Shown here piece after piece: positions 1 through 12,839 of a stretch of 24,254 bases of DNA; the stretch's first letter is position 1, and every line of letters starts with the position of its first letter. The position numbers and the translations under genes are program-made. The notes under the pieces were generated by a model. The model was not told the DNA's origin. It made no database searches and was given only the letters and a program-made list of their open reading frames with translations. The DNA is from Welwitschia mirabilis (lineage: Eukaryota): contig JBOZIK010000001.1 in assembly GCA_051453625.1 (NCBI GenBank), positions 22,509,026 to 22,533,279 of the forward strand, in the 5' to 3' direction.

Positions 1-1
1 A

Positions 2-498
2 GAAGTAGCAATCACTTCAGTTAATAAACTAATAGGCATCATTAAAGATTTGGTAATTTAAATTAAAGAGGCTTGCTATCCAATAGATGTGATTATCATA
101 GAAGTTGAGCATAAGAGAGGATACACTTTACTTCTAGGAAGATCCTTTTGTACAATGTTCCACTGCATCATTAATACAAGAGCTAGAATAATTAAATGTC
201 ATTTTGAAAATAGAACATTTACAATTAGATTTTTTGATGCAGCTGAGAAAGATTTAGGTGATGATATGAACATTGAAGATAACATCAAACCCACTTTATT
301 TTTACAACATCACCCACTTGAAGAAAGAGAGATGAAATTAAATGAGGATGTGATTTGTAATGATCAACTTAAGAATAAAGAAGAAATACAACCTTTAGAG
401 TGTAAGGAAGTCCAACTTTTCAAGAAATATTATAAAGGTTATTGTCCATTACACAAGTCAAAAATTAAAAGTCATAATTTGAATTTGGATGAAAAAAT
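2..498 (+). pseudogene. pol: Retrotransposon aspartic protease C-terminal half plus PR-RT linker, degenerate
   Basis: Frame 2 reads EVAITSVNKLIGIIKDLVI*IKEACYPIDVIIIEVEHKRGYTLLLGRSFC...FLQHHPLEER, matching the retropepsin pattern LAxxS..G(I/V)xxDV.V.....P.D......LLGRxF. Paralogous to 14590-14950 (ELANATLKKQIGVIKDLVI*IKEAFYPIDVIIIDVEHNGRYPLLLGRYFC...FIQHHPLKER). Confidence 0.85.
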
Positions 499-1524
499 NN
501 NNNNNNNNNNNNNNNNNNNNNNNNNNNNNNNNNNNNNNNNNNNNNNNNNNNNNNNNNNNNNNNNNNNNNNNNNNNNNNNNNNNNNNNNNNNNNNNNNNNN
601 NNNNNNNNNNNNNNNNNNNNNNNNNNNNNNNNNNNNNNNNNNNNNNNNNNNNNNNNNNNNNNNNNNNNNNNNNNNNNNNNNNNNNNNNNNNNNNNNNNNN
701 NNNNNNNNNNNNNNNNNNNNNNNNNNNNNNNNNNNNNNNNNNNNNNNNNNNNNNNNNNNNNNNNNNNNNNNNNNNNNNNNNNNNNNNNNNNNNNNNNNNN
801 NNNNNNNNNNNTTTAGGAATTAAATAAAATTTATTTTCCTTGATATCCTCTTTTCATCTTCCTTTTTTGATAGTCTCTATTTTTATTTTTCCACTTTCAG
901 TTTTTATTTCTATTTGTAGTTTCTATTTTTTATTTCTATAATAATAATCTATCATCTCTCTGTCGACCTCATGACACATAAGACGATAGTCAGTTTTGTT
1001 AGTTTTCTGATTATTTTCTATGTTATCTAATAATTTTTCTGTTTCTTTATCTTTGCCATCCTTTCTTTAATCTAGATGATGATTAAGACAGTAGTTAATA
1101 AAATTATGATTTTTTTTATTATTTTAAGAAAATATATTTTTATGGCTTTATTGAGATTTCTAACTTAACTACTTAAGAATTTCAAGAATTAAATGGGTAA
1201 ATTTTAGAATTTCATGAGCAAACCCATCTGAATTTTCTCTTAGATTTTTCCTTTAGAGGTTTTTGTGACATTACTTGATCATCTTTCAAACTTGAATTAT
1301 GTATTTATCTCCATGACTAGTCTTTTGACTTGGGCATTTCAGTGGTAAGATTGAATTCACCCAATCTTAAGATATTCTTACATTCATGAACTTCAATTTG
1401 AAGGAAGATGCTTATTTTTCTCAATGGTAAAAAGGTCTTAGATTGTTTAAGAGTGTTTTTTTTTTGTCTTTATCTTATGAATTTTACCTTTGTCTTTTGG
1501 AATGTTTGATCATGTGGAATGTTT

Positions 1525-1562
1525 AAAAAAAAAAAAAGAAGAAAAAATAGAGAGAGAGAGAG
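1525..1562 (+). repeat. Poly(A) run and (AG)7 microsatellite truncated by an assembly gap
   Basis: A13 at 1525-1537 and AG x7 at 1549-1562, followed by 37 N. Confidence 0.9.
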
Positions 1563-1599
1563 NNNNNNNNNNNNNNNNNNNNNNNNNNNNNNNNNNNNN

Positions 1600-3297
1600 T
1601 CAAAAACATGAGCCCCATGAGATCCTATTGCAAGGACATCGAGGCAAATATTGTTGAGGGGAGCCTTTGATAGTGTAATATGATAGTTGTGGAAACTTCA
1701 CTGGGAGGTCAGTTAGCCATGCTTCATAGGTCCTTACTTCTTTAATGATGGCTATACTTTTCTCATCATGGATAATAAAGTTATAATACAAACTTTGAGG
1801 CTATAGGATTAGTGGTGTTCTTAGTGTCATCAAAGGCATTGCTTATTTTCTAGACTCTTAGTCTATTCCACATGTTCATTTCATTTCTTGAGATTTGGGT
1901 GTTGGTTTTAAGATGACAATAAGTGAGTTCATTTTTGAGCAATTCTTTGGTCTGATCACTCATTTTATCTTTAGCATCGTCATAATAACTGCCNNNNNNN
2001 NNNNNNNNNNNNNNNNNNNNNNNNNNNNNNNNNNNNNNNNNNNNNNNNNNNNNNNNNNNNNNNNNNNNNNNNNNNNNNNNNNNNNNNNNNNNNGATGTTT
2101 TATTTGTGATATTTCAAAAACATGGTTCCCATGATCTCCTACTGCAAGTACATCGAGGTAAATATTTTTAAGGGGAGCCTTTGACAGTGTAATATGATAG
2201 TTGTGGAAACTCCACTGGAAGGTCAGTTGGCCATGCTTTATAGGTCCTTACTTCTTTGATGATGGCTACACTTTCCTCATCATGGATAGTAAAGTTGTAA
2301 TACAGACTTTGAGGCTATAGGATTAGTGGTGTTCTTGGTGTCATCAAAAGCATTGCTTATTTTCTAGACTCTTAGTCTATTCCACATGTTTATTTCATTT
2401 CTTAAGATTTGGGTGTTGGTTTTGAGATGATGATAGGTGAGTTCATTTTTGAGCAATTCTTTGGTCTGATCACTCATTTTATCTTTAGCATCATCATAAT
2501 AACTGCCTTATTGAATGGAATTTTTTCATATATCAAGTCATGCATTTTTTAAATCAAGTAATGTTAGGATTTCTTTTATGGAAGTTTTCTAGGTTAAAAT
2601 ATTAGATTAGGAAGCTATCTTTAGTTTATGTTATCTTATGCTTATTCTTCTTATTTTCTTTTATAGCTTGGTTGGTTATTTCAAAGTCATTATCGTATTT
2701 TATTAGAATATTTTCCTTGTTTANNNNNNNNNNNNNNNNNNNNNNNNNNNNNNNNNNNNNNNNNNNNNNNNNNNNNNNNNNNNNNNNNNNNNNNNNNNNN
2801 NNNNNNNNNNNNNNNNNNNNNNNCTTCTCTGATGGTGGCTGCACTCCCCTCATTATGAATAATAAAATTATAATAAAAATTTTGAGGCTATGGGATCAGT
2901 GATGTTCCTAGTGCCATCAGAGGCATTACTTGTTTCCTAGACTCTTAGTCTATTCTACATGCTCATTTCATTTCTTAAGATTTGGGTGTTGGTTTTAAGA
3001 TGACAGTGGGTGAGTTTATTTTTAAGTAATTCTTTGGCTAATTACTCATTTTATCTTTAACATCGTCATAATCACTGCCTTATTGAATGGAATTTTTTTT
3101 CATACAGCAAGTCATGCATTTTTCAGATCAAGTAATGTTATGATTTCTTTCATGGATGTCTTCTAGGTTAAAATATCAGATTGGTGAACTATCTTTTATT
3201 TATTTTATTTTATACCCATTTTTTCTGTTTTATTTTGTGGTTTGGTTAGTGATTTCAAAGTCATTACTATATTTTCTTAAGCATGTTTTCCTTGTTC
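1600..3297 (+). repeat. Three overlapping diverged copies of one internal segment separated by 100-N gaps
   Basis: 1600-1993 aligns to 2114-2507, and 2824-3297 aligns to about 2251-2723. Differences are almost all transitions. Confidence 0.9.
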
Positions 3298-3810
3298 AAG
3301 TTTTAAATAAAAGATAATTTATTACTTAGATAAGTGTTTTCTCAATAAATTTATGTTATTTTTAGATTTTTGGTGTTCTAAGCGCTGCTCATGTTCTTTC
3401 TGTAATGAAACATTTTTATTGTCCACTCTTTTCTTTACCTGTCAGAATAATTTATTGATCTCTATTTTTCAAATATGACATTACTCAGATTTGCACTTCA
3501 TTTATAAAGTTGTCCTCCTTTACCTACTTTCTCACTTCTGTCTACTTTTTTTGCTTTATTTTTTCCAATATGAGATGTATTACTTTCTCTTTTAGAGGTA
3601 GCAGAGATCTATTTTCATGGCTCATATTCTAAAAAACTTTTAACTTAATTTAAAAATTTTATGAAATATAACTTTTAAATTTTTATACATATTATGCATT
3701 ACTTATTATTTATCCATGTAATGTGTTTTATGATCATGTTTTATAACTTCTAGATTTATCTTTCAAAAAATAAATTAGCTCACAATTATGATTTTTTACT
3801 TGGTTTTTAT

Positions 3811-3841
3811 CAGGGACTGACAAAGGCTAAGTGGTGGGCTA
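3811..3841 (+). promoter_or_regulatory. Polypurine-tract region of element A
   Basis: CAGGGACTGACAAAGGCTAAGTGGTGGGCTA immediately before TGTTACA resembles the Athila-type pre-LTR signature GGGAC...AAGxTAAGTGTGGGG. Confidence 0.7.
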
Positions 3842-5470
3842 TGTTACACTACCAATTTATGGTTATTTGATGGAGTTTTATGAGTTGTTTTGCAGGACTT
3901 TTACATCTAAGGATTTTGAAAAAATGATAGAAAACCTCATAAATATAGCATTCTTACCCAGATTTGAAGTATTAAAGGCATATTCTAATGCATAGAGCTT
4001 TGGATAAGGATTAATAATAAAAATACTAAGTTTTTCCTCAAGAAAATGATTAAAGAAGACTATCGTCCCCTCAGTTATCCCCACGACAGGCAGGATGACG
4101 ACGCATTTGCATACTGATGTGGACTACTGAGTTATCATTCTAAATCATCTTTTATTATAAGATGTCATTCCCTTTATCATTCGGACAATAGTCAGGATGA
4201 TCCTAACATGTAACCAACTCTGACAGTAACTCTTGAATATTCGTCCATTTCTAAATTGTAAATGAGTGCACCTAACTGTGCCTTATGTTTGTCCTTTTCT
4301 ATTGTATTTTCTTACAAATAAGTCCCCCTTCTACTCTCNNNNNNNNNNNNNNNNNNNNNNNNNNNNNNNNNNNNNNNNNNNNNNNNNNNNNNNNNNNNNN
4401 NNNNNNNNNNNNNNNNNNNNNNNNNNNNNNNNNNNNNNNNNNNNNNNNNNNNNNNNNNNNNNNNNNNNNNNNNNNNNNNNNNNNNNNNNNNNNNNNNNNN
4501 NNNNNNNNNNNNNNNNNNNNNNNNNNNNNNNNNNNNNNNNNNNNNNNNNNNNNNNNNNNNNNNNNNNNNNNNNNNNNNNNNNNNNNNNNNNNNNNNNNNN
4601 NNNNNNNNNNNNNNNNNNNNNNNNNNNNNNNNNGTGACTCTTGAATATTTGTCCATTTCTAAATTATAAATGAGCGCACCTAACTGTGCTTTATGTTTGT
4701 CCTTTTCTATTGTATTTTCTTATAAATGAGTCCCCCTTTCTACTCTCCTTCTCATCTTTATTATATTGGAAATTATTTTGATAGGAGATTAAAGGATGAA
4801 AGATCCATCTCGAGTGTTGCAAAAAGACATTCCTTTTGTGGAGGGCTGTGTATCCTCCATTGAAGCTCGGTTATTTTGTAACCCAGATGGTTTTTACTTC
4901 TTAATATAAAAACCTTATTTGTTTTTATATTTGTATGTTAGATTTTCTAATTATCCTTATAGTTTATGATTATTCTTGATTTGGTGATAATTTATTGGAT
5001 GATATAGCTCATTAAAGGCAGCCTTTGTTAAGGCTGAAAGTTAGTAGTATTAGTTCCATTTTTGCATTGCATGTTAGATTAAATTACATCTTGNNNNNNN
5101 NNNNNNNNNNNNNNNNNNNNNNNNNNNNNNNNNNNNNNNNNNNNNNNNNNNNNNNNNNNNNNNNNNNNNNNNNNNNNNNNNNNNNNNNNNNNNAGTAGTA
5201 TTAGTTCCATTTTTGCATTGCATGTTAGATTAAGTTACATCTTGCATTTGCATTGTATCTTTCATTTCTTACATTGTTCTTTATTTTTTGTTTCTTTTAT
5301 TCTTTTGCAAAAGCAATCCAAGTCTTATCACGTAGTCTTTAACATGAATATGACATTTCGGGTCCACTCCCACTCATACTAGTGTGATGTATTGTGTAAG
5401 ATATCTATTTATTTTATGAATGATAGAATCTTTTCAAACTTAAGCACTTATACAAGTACACACTGCAACA
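3842..5470 (+). repeat. 3' LTR of element A (about 1.1 kb once gaps and gap-flank duplications are removed)
   Basis: Starts TGTTACACTACCAA and ends TGCAACA (terminal inverted repeat). TATAAAT at 4721. Block 4801-4890 (GATCCATC..GTTGCAAA..CCTCCATTGAAG..TTTTGTAAC.CAGATG) is shared with 11543-11631 and 23119-23211. No PBS follows. Confidence 0.8.
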
Positions 5471-8025
5471 AGGAGGTTCACTAGTTATTTTAGAAAAATT
5501 AGGTATCCATGTTTATTTTAATATTATATTTCTTTTTATCTATTATGCATTAGGACCATTTTATTAAGGGCAAAGTCTGATCATTAAAAATCTCTTTAGA
5601 CTAGTACTTTTTCGTAGAAATCCCAAGGCTAATAGTAAATGGTTTTTTTGAATTGATTTGATTTTTCTTTCTACAATGATTTTTCTTTCTGTAATTGATT
5701 TTTATTTTTATAAGTAATTAGTTAGTGTATCCATTATTTTAATGATTAAGTTATTATTTAACTAGTTGTAAAAACTATATCATATAGCAAAAATTAAATT
5801 TCTAGAATATAGTCATAAAATAAAAACAATATATGTTATTGACTAATAGGNNNNNNNNNNNNNNNNNNNNNNNNNNNNNNNNNNNNNNNNNNNNNNNNNN
5901 NNNNNNNNNNNNNNNNNNNNNNNNNNNNNNNNNNNNNNNNNNNNNNNNNNTTAATGATTAGGTTATTATTTAACTAGTTGTAAAAACTTTATCATATAGC
6001 AAAAATTAAATTTCTAGAATATAGTCATAAAATAAAAACAATATATGTTATTGACTAATAGGTATAAATTAGTGTTTCTATAAGTTTAGGAATGTCTTAT
6101 AAGTGTGAAAATGTAAAAATAATAATTTTTCTAATGGGTAATTATTTTAAAAAAATTTATTTATTAAAATACATTAGAAAATAAATGTATAAAATAGTAA
6201 ATAATTAATTTATGTTTTTATACCTATCTATTAATATATCTATAATCTTGAGAATCCTAAGTTGTAGGAAACTGAATAAGATTTTCAAAAAAATTTGAAT
6301 AATTTAAAAAATCAAAGTATTTTAAAAGTTATAATAATTTTAATATAGTGTAGTAGGATTGTAATTTTAGAAAATTTGATAGTTTTTAACTTTAAATGAT
6401 AACCTTAGAAATAATATTTTTAAATTCCAAGATAGTTTAAGTTAGATTTTAAGAATCCTATAGTGTTTAGCCTTTAAAAAACTACTAGAATTTAATTTTA
6501 GCTTTATAATTAATTAATTATTAAGTTTTTACTATGATATCTCCTTAGAGCCAAAAAATGTTATAATTAATGTTAAAAATTATTAAAAAATTATTTCACA
6601 AATTTTTCTAGGAAAATTAAGTATATAAATATGTTTGTATTAGTAACTTAAGTTAAATTACCTATAAGTGGTATTTATTTTTATAAATACTTCTTTAACC
6701 CTTTTTCTTTAGCTTACTTTGAATGTGCATGCTTGTAAGAGTTTTTACCTTACTAGTTTAAGTAACATAAGTAGTCTCTAGCTTATCATTTTTTTATTTG
6801 ACTTATAATATATCCATATGAATATTGAATAAAGATTCTTAGCTTAACAATTATTCTTAAGCTATACTTTCTTTTATTTACCTTCTTTACACCAATATAT
6901 GGAGATTGTCATATGAGCATAAAAGAATGCTTCTAAGATTGGCATAGCTCGAGGTATGTTTTACTTTTTTTAAGTATATTATTAAGATGTTATTTAATAC
7001 ATTTTAAATATTTTTATTATCAAAAGAAAAATAAAATAATATTTTCTTTAGTTAAATAGAAAAGAAAAGAATATTTCTTTTATTTAGATTTTTATTATTA
7101 TAACCTTGAAAATAAAATGTTTTTATGTGTTTGCTTTCTTTTTATGGTTATTCTATAAAATGAACTAAATGATGATTAGAGTCATTATAACTAGGTAAAC
7201 AATCCATTAAATATCCACATTAGTTCCAATTGTTTGCATGCATTTATGTGGTTTATTCATCAAAAGGACTAAATTAACATAATTCTGTTAATGTTCATCC
7301 CCACACTTGGATTTCATCACTAATGTGGATTGCATTTCATTTTTTTATAATGCCATTCTAGAAGTGGATTTAATCATCACTCTCCTGCCCTACCTATGTA
7401 TGACCTTACTTTGATTAATATCTCTAGCCCTTGGCATTGATGGGTTATGTTGCACCATTTAGAGATGCTTCAAGGAAGTGAGGGTTATTTGGAAGCATGC
7501 ATCCACCTCACATATCACCTGTCACTTATATTTGGGCTATATCAAGGTGAACTAAAAGCCTATGGAGTTTAGCCTAATCATGTTTGTATATTTTAGAACC
7601 TAAAGTAGAACCAACTTATATTTAAAGGGTGGTCAGATATCAAGTTGGAATGCCATCAATTGGAGTTGCAACCTCCTATTATATTGGTTAGGTAGTATCC
7701 TTAAAACTTGTCCATGTATGTCGATAATAAGTTTACATCTCCTCAATTATTCATAGGATATCTTTATATGATGAAAAAATAGGAAGAAATGGAGGACATA
7801 AGCTTATAACATTGCTATTGTTTATAAATCAAAATAATCTAGAAACTAATTATAGGCAAATATATCTATTAGTATGATTTATTTTTTTCTAATATAGAAA
7901 TTATAATAAAGGAACAAATAGAATTTGGTCCTAGGTTCTATTGTGTCTATTAGGTAAAAATATTAAAGAATAAAGAAAGTAAAAAAATAGTGCTTAATTA
8001 AGGGGTAAGAAAAGAGGGTGTCACA
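5471..8025 (+). mobile_element. Element G: probable long LTR remnant (Tekay/Del-like), interrupted on the left by element A
   Basis: Non-coding AT-rich block ending GAGGGTGTCACA (8014-8025), the usual GGGTGTxACA LTR terminus, with GAGGTATG at about 6951. Left end not visible; family and orientation uncertain. Confidence 0.4.
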
Positions 8026-8799
8026 CTTTTGCATTGATCAAGAGACCTTTAGAGATGTATAGCTAGATGAGAGTCCACCACTCACTAGTTAAATATGGTT
8101 TTATATCTTCATTGAGTTAGACTGGAAAAGTTAAAGGTTAGTTACTTCATAGGTAATAATTTAAGGCTATAATAAATTACATAGGCATGCTTTATAGATA
8201 GGATAAGATTAAAACAATTATATCCTAGTGCATGAAAAACCTCAGTAATTTATGATGGAAGAACTCCTCATGAATTAAACCATTTCATAGAGTGAATAGA
8301 GAATGTGGATTGGGAATCTATCTATTAAGCATCTACTAATCTTAGCCTAGCATTCTTAAGACATAAGTACTACCCAAAACACATTTTAATTAGTGCTTTA
8401 AATGTAACTATAAGCGATCTTAGTATATGTTCAAAAAAGTATCTCCTAAATGATGTGACTATTTTCTTCCTTCTTTCATTATTTTTATTTTTATTTTATT
8501 TTTTCTTTTTCTTTTTTTGACTAAGAACATATTAAAAAAATAAATCTAATTTAATAAAATCATTATATAAGTTTAACTCAAATGTGTAACTTTAAGTGCA
8601 TTAATTCTAAGTATGCACTTGTGAAAATTACCTATAATAGGGGAAGGTTAAAGATAAAAGTTGATTTTCCTTAGAAGATATTGAGTGGATGATTTTTTTT
8701 AATCATTTTCATCTTTATTAAATATTTTAGGTAATCAATAAGTAATTCTCTTTTTGAAATGGGTCTATCAAGTGTCGTTCTTCTAGTAAATAGGAATCT

Positions 8800-10564
8800 C
8801 ATCTTAGAGGATTACATTTAAAATAAGATTTTAAGTATTATCCATTAATGTGAAAGGTTTTAGGGGTGGTGAGATCTTAAACAAAAAGTAACCCATTAGA
8901 ATGTATTTTTTAAATAATGTAGGATCCTAACCACTTTTAAATTCATTATGAATTATACTAGCTTTGATATTAAATCCGAGTACTCATTTAATTTAGTTCA
9001 AAATGCTTAGATTGAAATTGTTTATTGTGAAAATATTTGACTTGAGATTTAGTGATCAACTATTAAGTAAGGAATTGTGCTTTAGTTTCATTTAGGTGTT
9101 GAATCTAGAGGTTACAAAAATTAGATTCTTAATCTAATAATTTTAAAGTATAACAAGTATTAAAAAAATAAAAAGTGATATCAGTAAAAAGAAAACAATA
9201 TTTATCAAAAACTAATTCATAGGGAGAGAACACAAAGAAAATTTTTCTACATAGTTCTATAAACTAAAGGACATCATCAAGTTTTAAATCCCAATTGTTA
9301 CATGAAGAGAAAACAATTTTTTAAAGTGTTTTCTTTATTTCCTATTTTCATTTTTAACTTGAATATTTATTTGCAAGTGAAAAGTATTAACAACATGATG
9401 TTAAATCCATAATTTTAATAAAGTTTCCTACAATTCTTGTTAATAGAATGAATTCCTTGATCACTTATAAGAATTATATAAAATACAAAATAGAAGTAAA
9501 AATGGGATTTAATAAATTGAAAAATGGTTAAGGCATCATTGGTTATGGTAAGAAGGGCTTTTACCTGTTTGGTTACATAATCTATGGAAATACGATTGCA
9601 CTTCTTCTCATAATATGAGGGATCTAAAGGTTTAATATAATTAATTTTATAATAATCAAAAGCTTTAAACTTTATGATGAATGAATGTCGCATATCTTCA
9701 TTATGAGTTAAACATACAAAGTTTTGTCAAGCTTCACATTTATTAATAAATTTTAAAGAATTAGGGAATAACAAAGGACAATAGAATCTAGCATGAAGGA
9801 TTTTCACAGTTATTTTATTTTCACTAAAGTTTCCTTTAGAAAATATCCTATGGTATAGTCATCAAATTTCTTATTGTGCCCATTTTGAAATTTATGTTCT
9901 CATGATTAATGCTTACACATATAACAAAGAAAAGAAGAAACCCACTCATACTTATCTAGCTTGTGGAGAAAATGTTTCATTGAGGAGAAATTCAAGTATA
10001 AGGTGTTTTATATGTAACAAGCTAATTTAAAATGTCTACATACCATGGATGAGAATGTTTTTTATATTGATCTCTTACTTTTTTCACAACAAATACATAT
10101 TCATTAGAAATTCATCCTTGACAATTAATGGTTCAAAGAAGGAAGAAGAAAACATAAATGAAAAATATTATCATACATAGCATTATCTTTTTAACTTTAT
10201 CCATAACTATAAGATTGAATTCATGAAGTAATAATATTCACTAAATTAAGATAGACTTTATTATTCATTTAATCATAAGGTAATAAATGGTAAAAGAATT
10301 AATATAAATATTTACATCATATCCCAAAAGGTAATGATAAATTTATTTCAAGAGAATGCACAATGGCTAGTAATTTCTTTTCAATAATTATGTAATTTAG
10401 TTGAGCTCTTGAAAATGTTTTAGTAGGATAAGTAACAAAATAAAACTTTTTACCATCTTTTTGATCTAAAACTCCATCAATAGAATGATCACTAGAATTA
10501 CACATTAATTCAAATTTACTAGTAAAGACTAATTACAAATACAATTTGGACTATTTGATGGTGT
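8800..10564 (-). pseudogene. pol: Element B: degenerate Athila-like pol (RNase H and integrase)
   Basis: Minus strand gives MCNSSDHSIDGVLDQKDGKKFYFVTYPTKTFSRAQLNYIIIEKKLLAIV (RNase H, cf. MCDASDYAVGAVLGQ..YYASKTL..AQ.NY...EKELLAIV), ILLLHEFNL, PWYVDILN, integrase core FDYYKINYIKP..IDYVTKQVKA..TND..ILISDQGIH, NWDLKLDDVL, SPYELVF and a GPY/F-like tail KWLGSYII..TFHING*YLKSY. Confidence 0.9.
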
Positions 10565-12089
10565 TATTGGAGTGTAAGTGTAGGTATGCTTAATAGGTTT
10601 CCAAGCAAATCAGAAAGAATTTGAAGCTTAATTAAGATAATCATATAAAACATCAACCTTAAAGATTATGAACCCTTTCTTAACATATTTGAAACTCCTT
10701 AATTTATCCAAATCATTATGAATCTAGTTTAAATGATGGTTGATGATTAAGAGAGTCAGAAAATGGGGGAAAAAATAGTATCATCTATCTAGTCGTCCAA
10801 ATGACACTCAAAAGATGACTATACTGATTAATAAATAAAGAAATTAGGTTTCTATTGATAGTCCTTCACTATATCATTTAGATAGAACACGATGATAATC
10901 ATTTGTAAAGCCAAATTACATTTTGAAGATGGCCTTAGAAGATAATAGAGTATACCATCAAATTCAACTCCTTGAGAAGATATAGAAATATGTCAATTAA
11001 CTCCAAAGCCATAATCAAGTTTAGAAGAATATCTAATCTTAATCAATGTACTTTTAAAAGATGAAAAAAGACTAATTCCAGTAGGAGAAAACTTCATATG
11101 CTAAAAGGAAAGCTAGTTATAACTAAAGCAAGTAGAAGAAACTTTAGAAATCTATCATCCTTCTAGTCAGTTGGACAATACCTCAACACAACTAGTAGGA
11201 ATAGAAGAAACAAAAATCATAACTTCACAAATGCAGATGACACCTAGGTGGATGACACTCATTGGTTACTCCACAAAGACACATAAAAGATAATAAGCTA
11301 TTAGAAAATAAGATTAAGTATCATCCACCTTATTATTTGGATGACATCCAAATGGACAACAGTCCTAATTAATATAAAATGAACTCCATTAGTTATGAAT
11401 CATTAACATAATTACTCCTACCCTCTTACTAGTATTTGACTATCCTAACCATTAAATTAAAGCTATAAATACCCCTTTAGATCCCTCATTTATCATCTTT
11501 AAGCATCAAAATTTCTTGTTTCATTAGAGCATTTTGGATATGGGATCCATCTTAGTTACAAAGAAGGGAATTTCTTAGTGTTAGGTTGTGTCTTTTTCAT
11601 TGAAAAGATTTTGCTTTATAAGAGGATGTGGACATTTTTATTAATAAGATCTTGATTTAAGTATTCTTACAATTTTTTCTCTTATGTTCTTCATATGTAA
11701 TGTTAGAATTAAATAAATTACATAAGGTTAATTGTGAATTCTAATATAGTAAATGAGCACCCACTTGAATGATAACAAGTTGGTAAACTTGATTAGTATT
11801 TGCATTTAGGATTGCATCTCATCTTTGCATTTTGCATTCATTTATTACATCATCAAATTTTTATTAATTTATCATTATGAAGTTAGAATAGGAAATAATT
11901 TTAGTTCTTCTCTTTTTTATTTAAACTAACCTTCCAAATGTACTTTTAAAATTCTCTCTAAAGGACAACATTCATGATGACTCTACATAGTAGTATGATT
12001 TATATGTATTAGATCCTTAACGTTATAGGTTAACATTAAAGAGAATTAATTAAAAATAAGAAGAAAATCACATGATTTGCATCCCAAAA
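10565..12089 (+). repeat. 5' LTR of element C (about 1.5 kb)
   Basis: Decayed terminal inverted repeat TATTGGAGTGTAAGT ... ATTTGCATCCCAAAA (inferred ancestor TGTTGGGGTGCAAAT). Contains CTATAAATACCCC and a block homologous to the other two LTRs. A PBS starts after a 3-nt spacer. Confidence 0.75.
11464..11471 (+). promoter_or_regulatory. LTR TATA box
   Basis: C-TATAAATA-CCCC, the typical plant LTR promoter context. Confidence 0.7.
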
Positions 12090-12092
12090 AAT

Positions 12093-12110
12093 TAGCTTCA
12101 TTATCAAGGA
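12093..12110 (+). promoter_or_regulatory. Degenerate primer-binding site (Athila type)
   Basis: TAGCTTCATTATCAAGGA versus the Athila PBS TGGCGCCGTTGCCGGGGA: 8 differences, 7 of them G>A or C>T. Confidence 0.6.
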
Positions 12111-12160
12111 GGAGTTTAAGAACATTTAGAAGATTGATTCTTACTACTCAAGTAAGTAAA

Positions 12161-12236
12161 TTGATATTAAGATGTTTAGTTCTATAGTGTATACATATTT
12201 GATATTAAGATGTTTAGTTCTATAGTGTATACATAT
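12161..12236 (+). repeat. Perfect 38-bp tandem duplication
   Basis: TTGATATTAAGATGTTTAGTTCTATAGTGTATACATAT x2. Confidence 0.95.
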
Positions 12237-12839
12237 TTTTTTTCTTAGGTTAGTTTGCACTTTCACTTTATTAGTTTAGCTTACTCTTTAAATTTTTGTT
12301 ATTTTTTCATTTAAAGTTAGAGACCATTATTTTTTTCAATAAACTTAGTCTACGCTTTATGTTGCATGCAATCTAAGTAAGTGTCACATCCACTATTGGT
12401 ATACATCATTTTTGCACTTTGTGTGATCTAGAAGAGAGGTTTTCCTTGAGTGTAAAGAAGTTTCTTTTAGCATTTTATGAAAATGCAAAGAAATGATAAC
12501 ATAGAAAAATAAACAATGGAAGAATTAATTTATTATCAAAGCAATTAAAAAATGGTTAGTGGATTTCAATTTAAGAACTTGAGGTGAAAAAGTTTTATTT
12601 CAATCTAAAATAGATGAAGATAATTATTCTTCTTTTCATATGTGTGAAAGTAATTTATCTATTTTTGAAAGTAATTTATTTAAATCATATTCCTCTTTAA
12701 ATTCCACTCATAAAACTTTTGTTCCTTTTAAACCTTTAAAAATATTATCCTCTTCTTTTACTTGTAGTTCTACTACATTAACTCTCAGGGACATGATAGC
12801 TTAAAGAAAAATAGAGATCTAAAACTCCTTTAATCTATC

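Larger units (their letters stand above)
1..5470 (+). mobile_element. Element A: 3' portion of a degenerate Athila-like Ty3/gypsy LTR retrotransposon (protease remnant, non-coding region, PPT, 3' LTR)
   Basis: Protease-like translation at 2-498; PPT-like tract at 3811-3841 followed by a TG..CA LTR homologous to the LTRs at 10565 and 22039. Continuity across the N-gaps is assumed. Confidence 0.7.

Noticed and set aside
1600..2545. Plus-strand Trp/Cys/His-rich frame (consensus WCSWCHQRHC) as a zinc-finger or env-like protein
   Set aside because: About seven stops are shared between copies, and it is the exact antisense of a frame with fewer shared stops.
489..4656. ORF-track entries running through N gaps (489-827, 1895-2134, 2626-2853, 2672-2902, 4266-4656 and the tail of 89-823)
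   Set aside because: Their length comes from X codons in the gaps.
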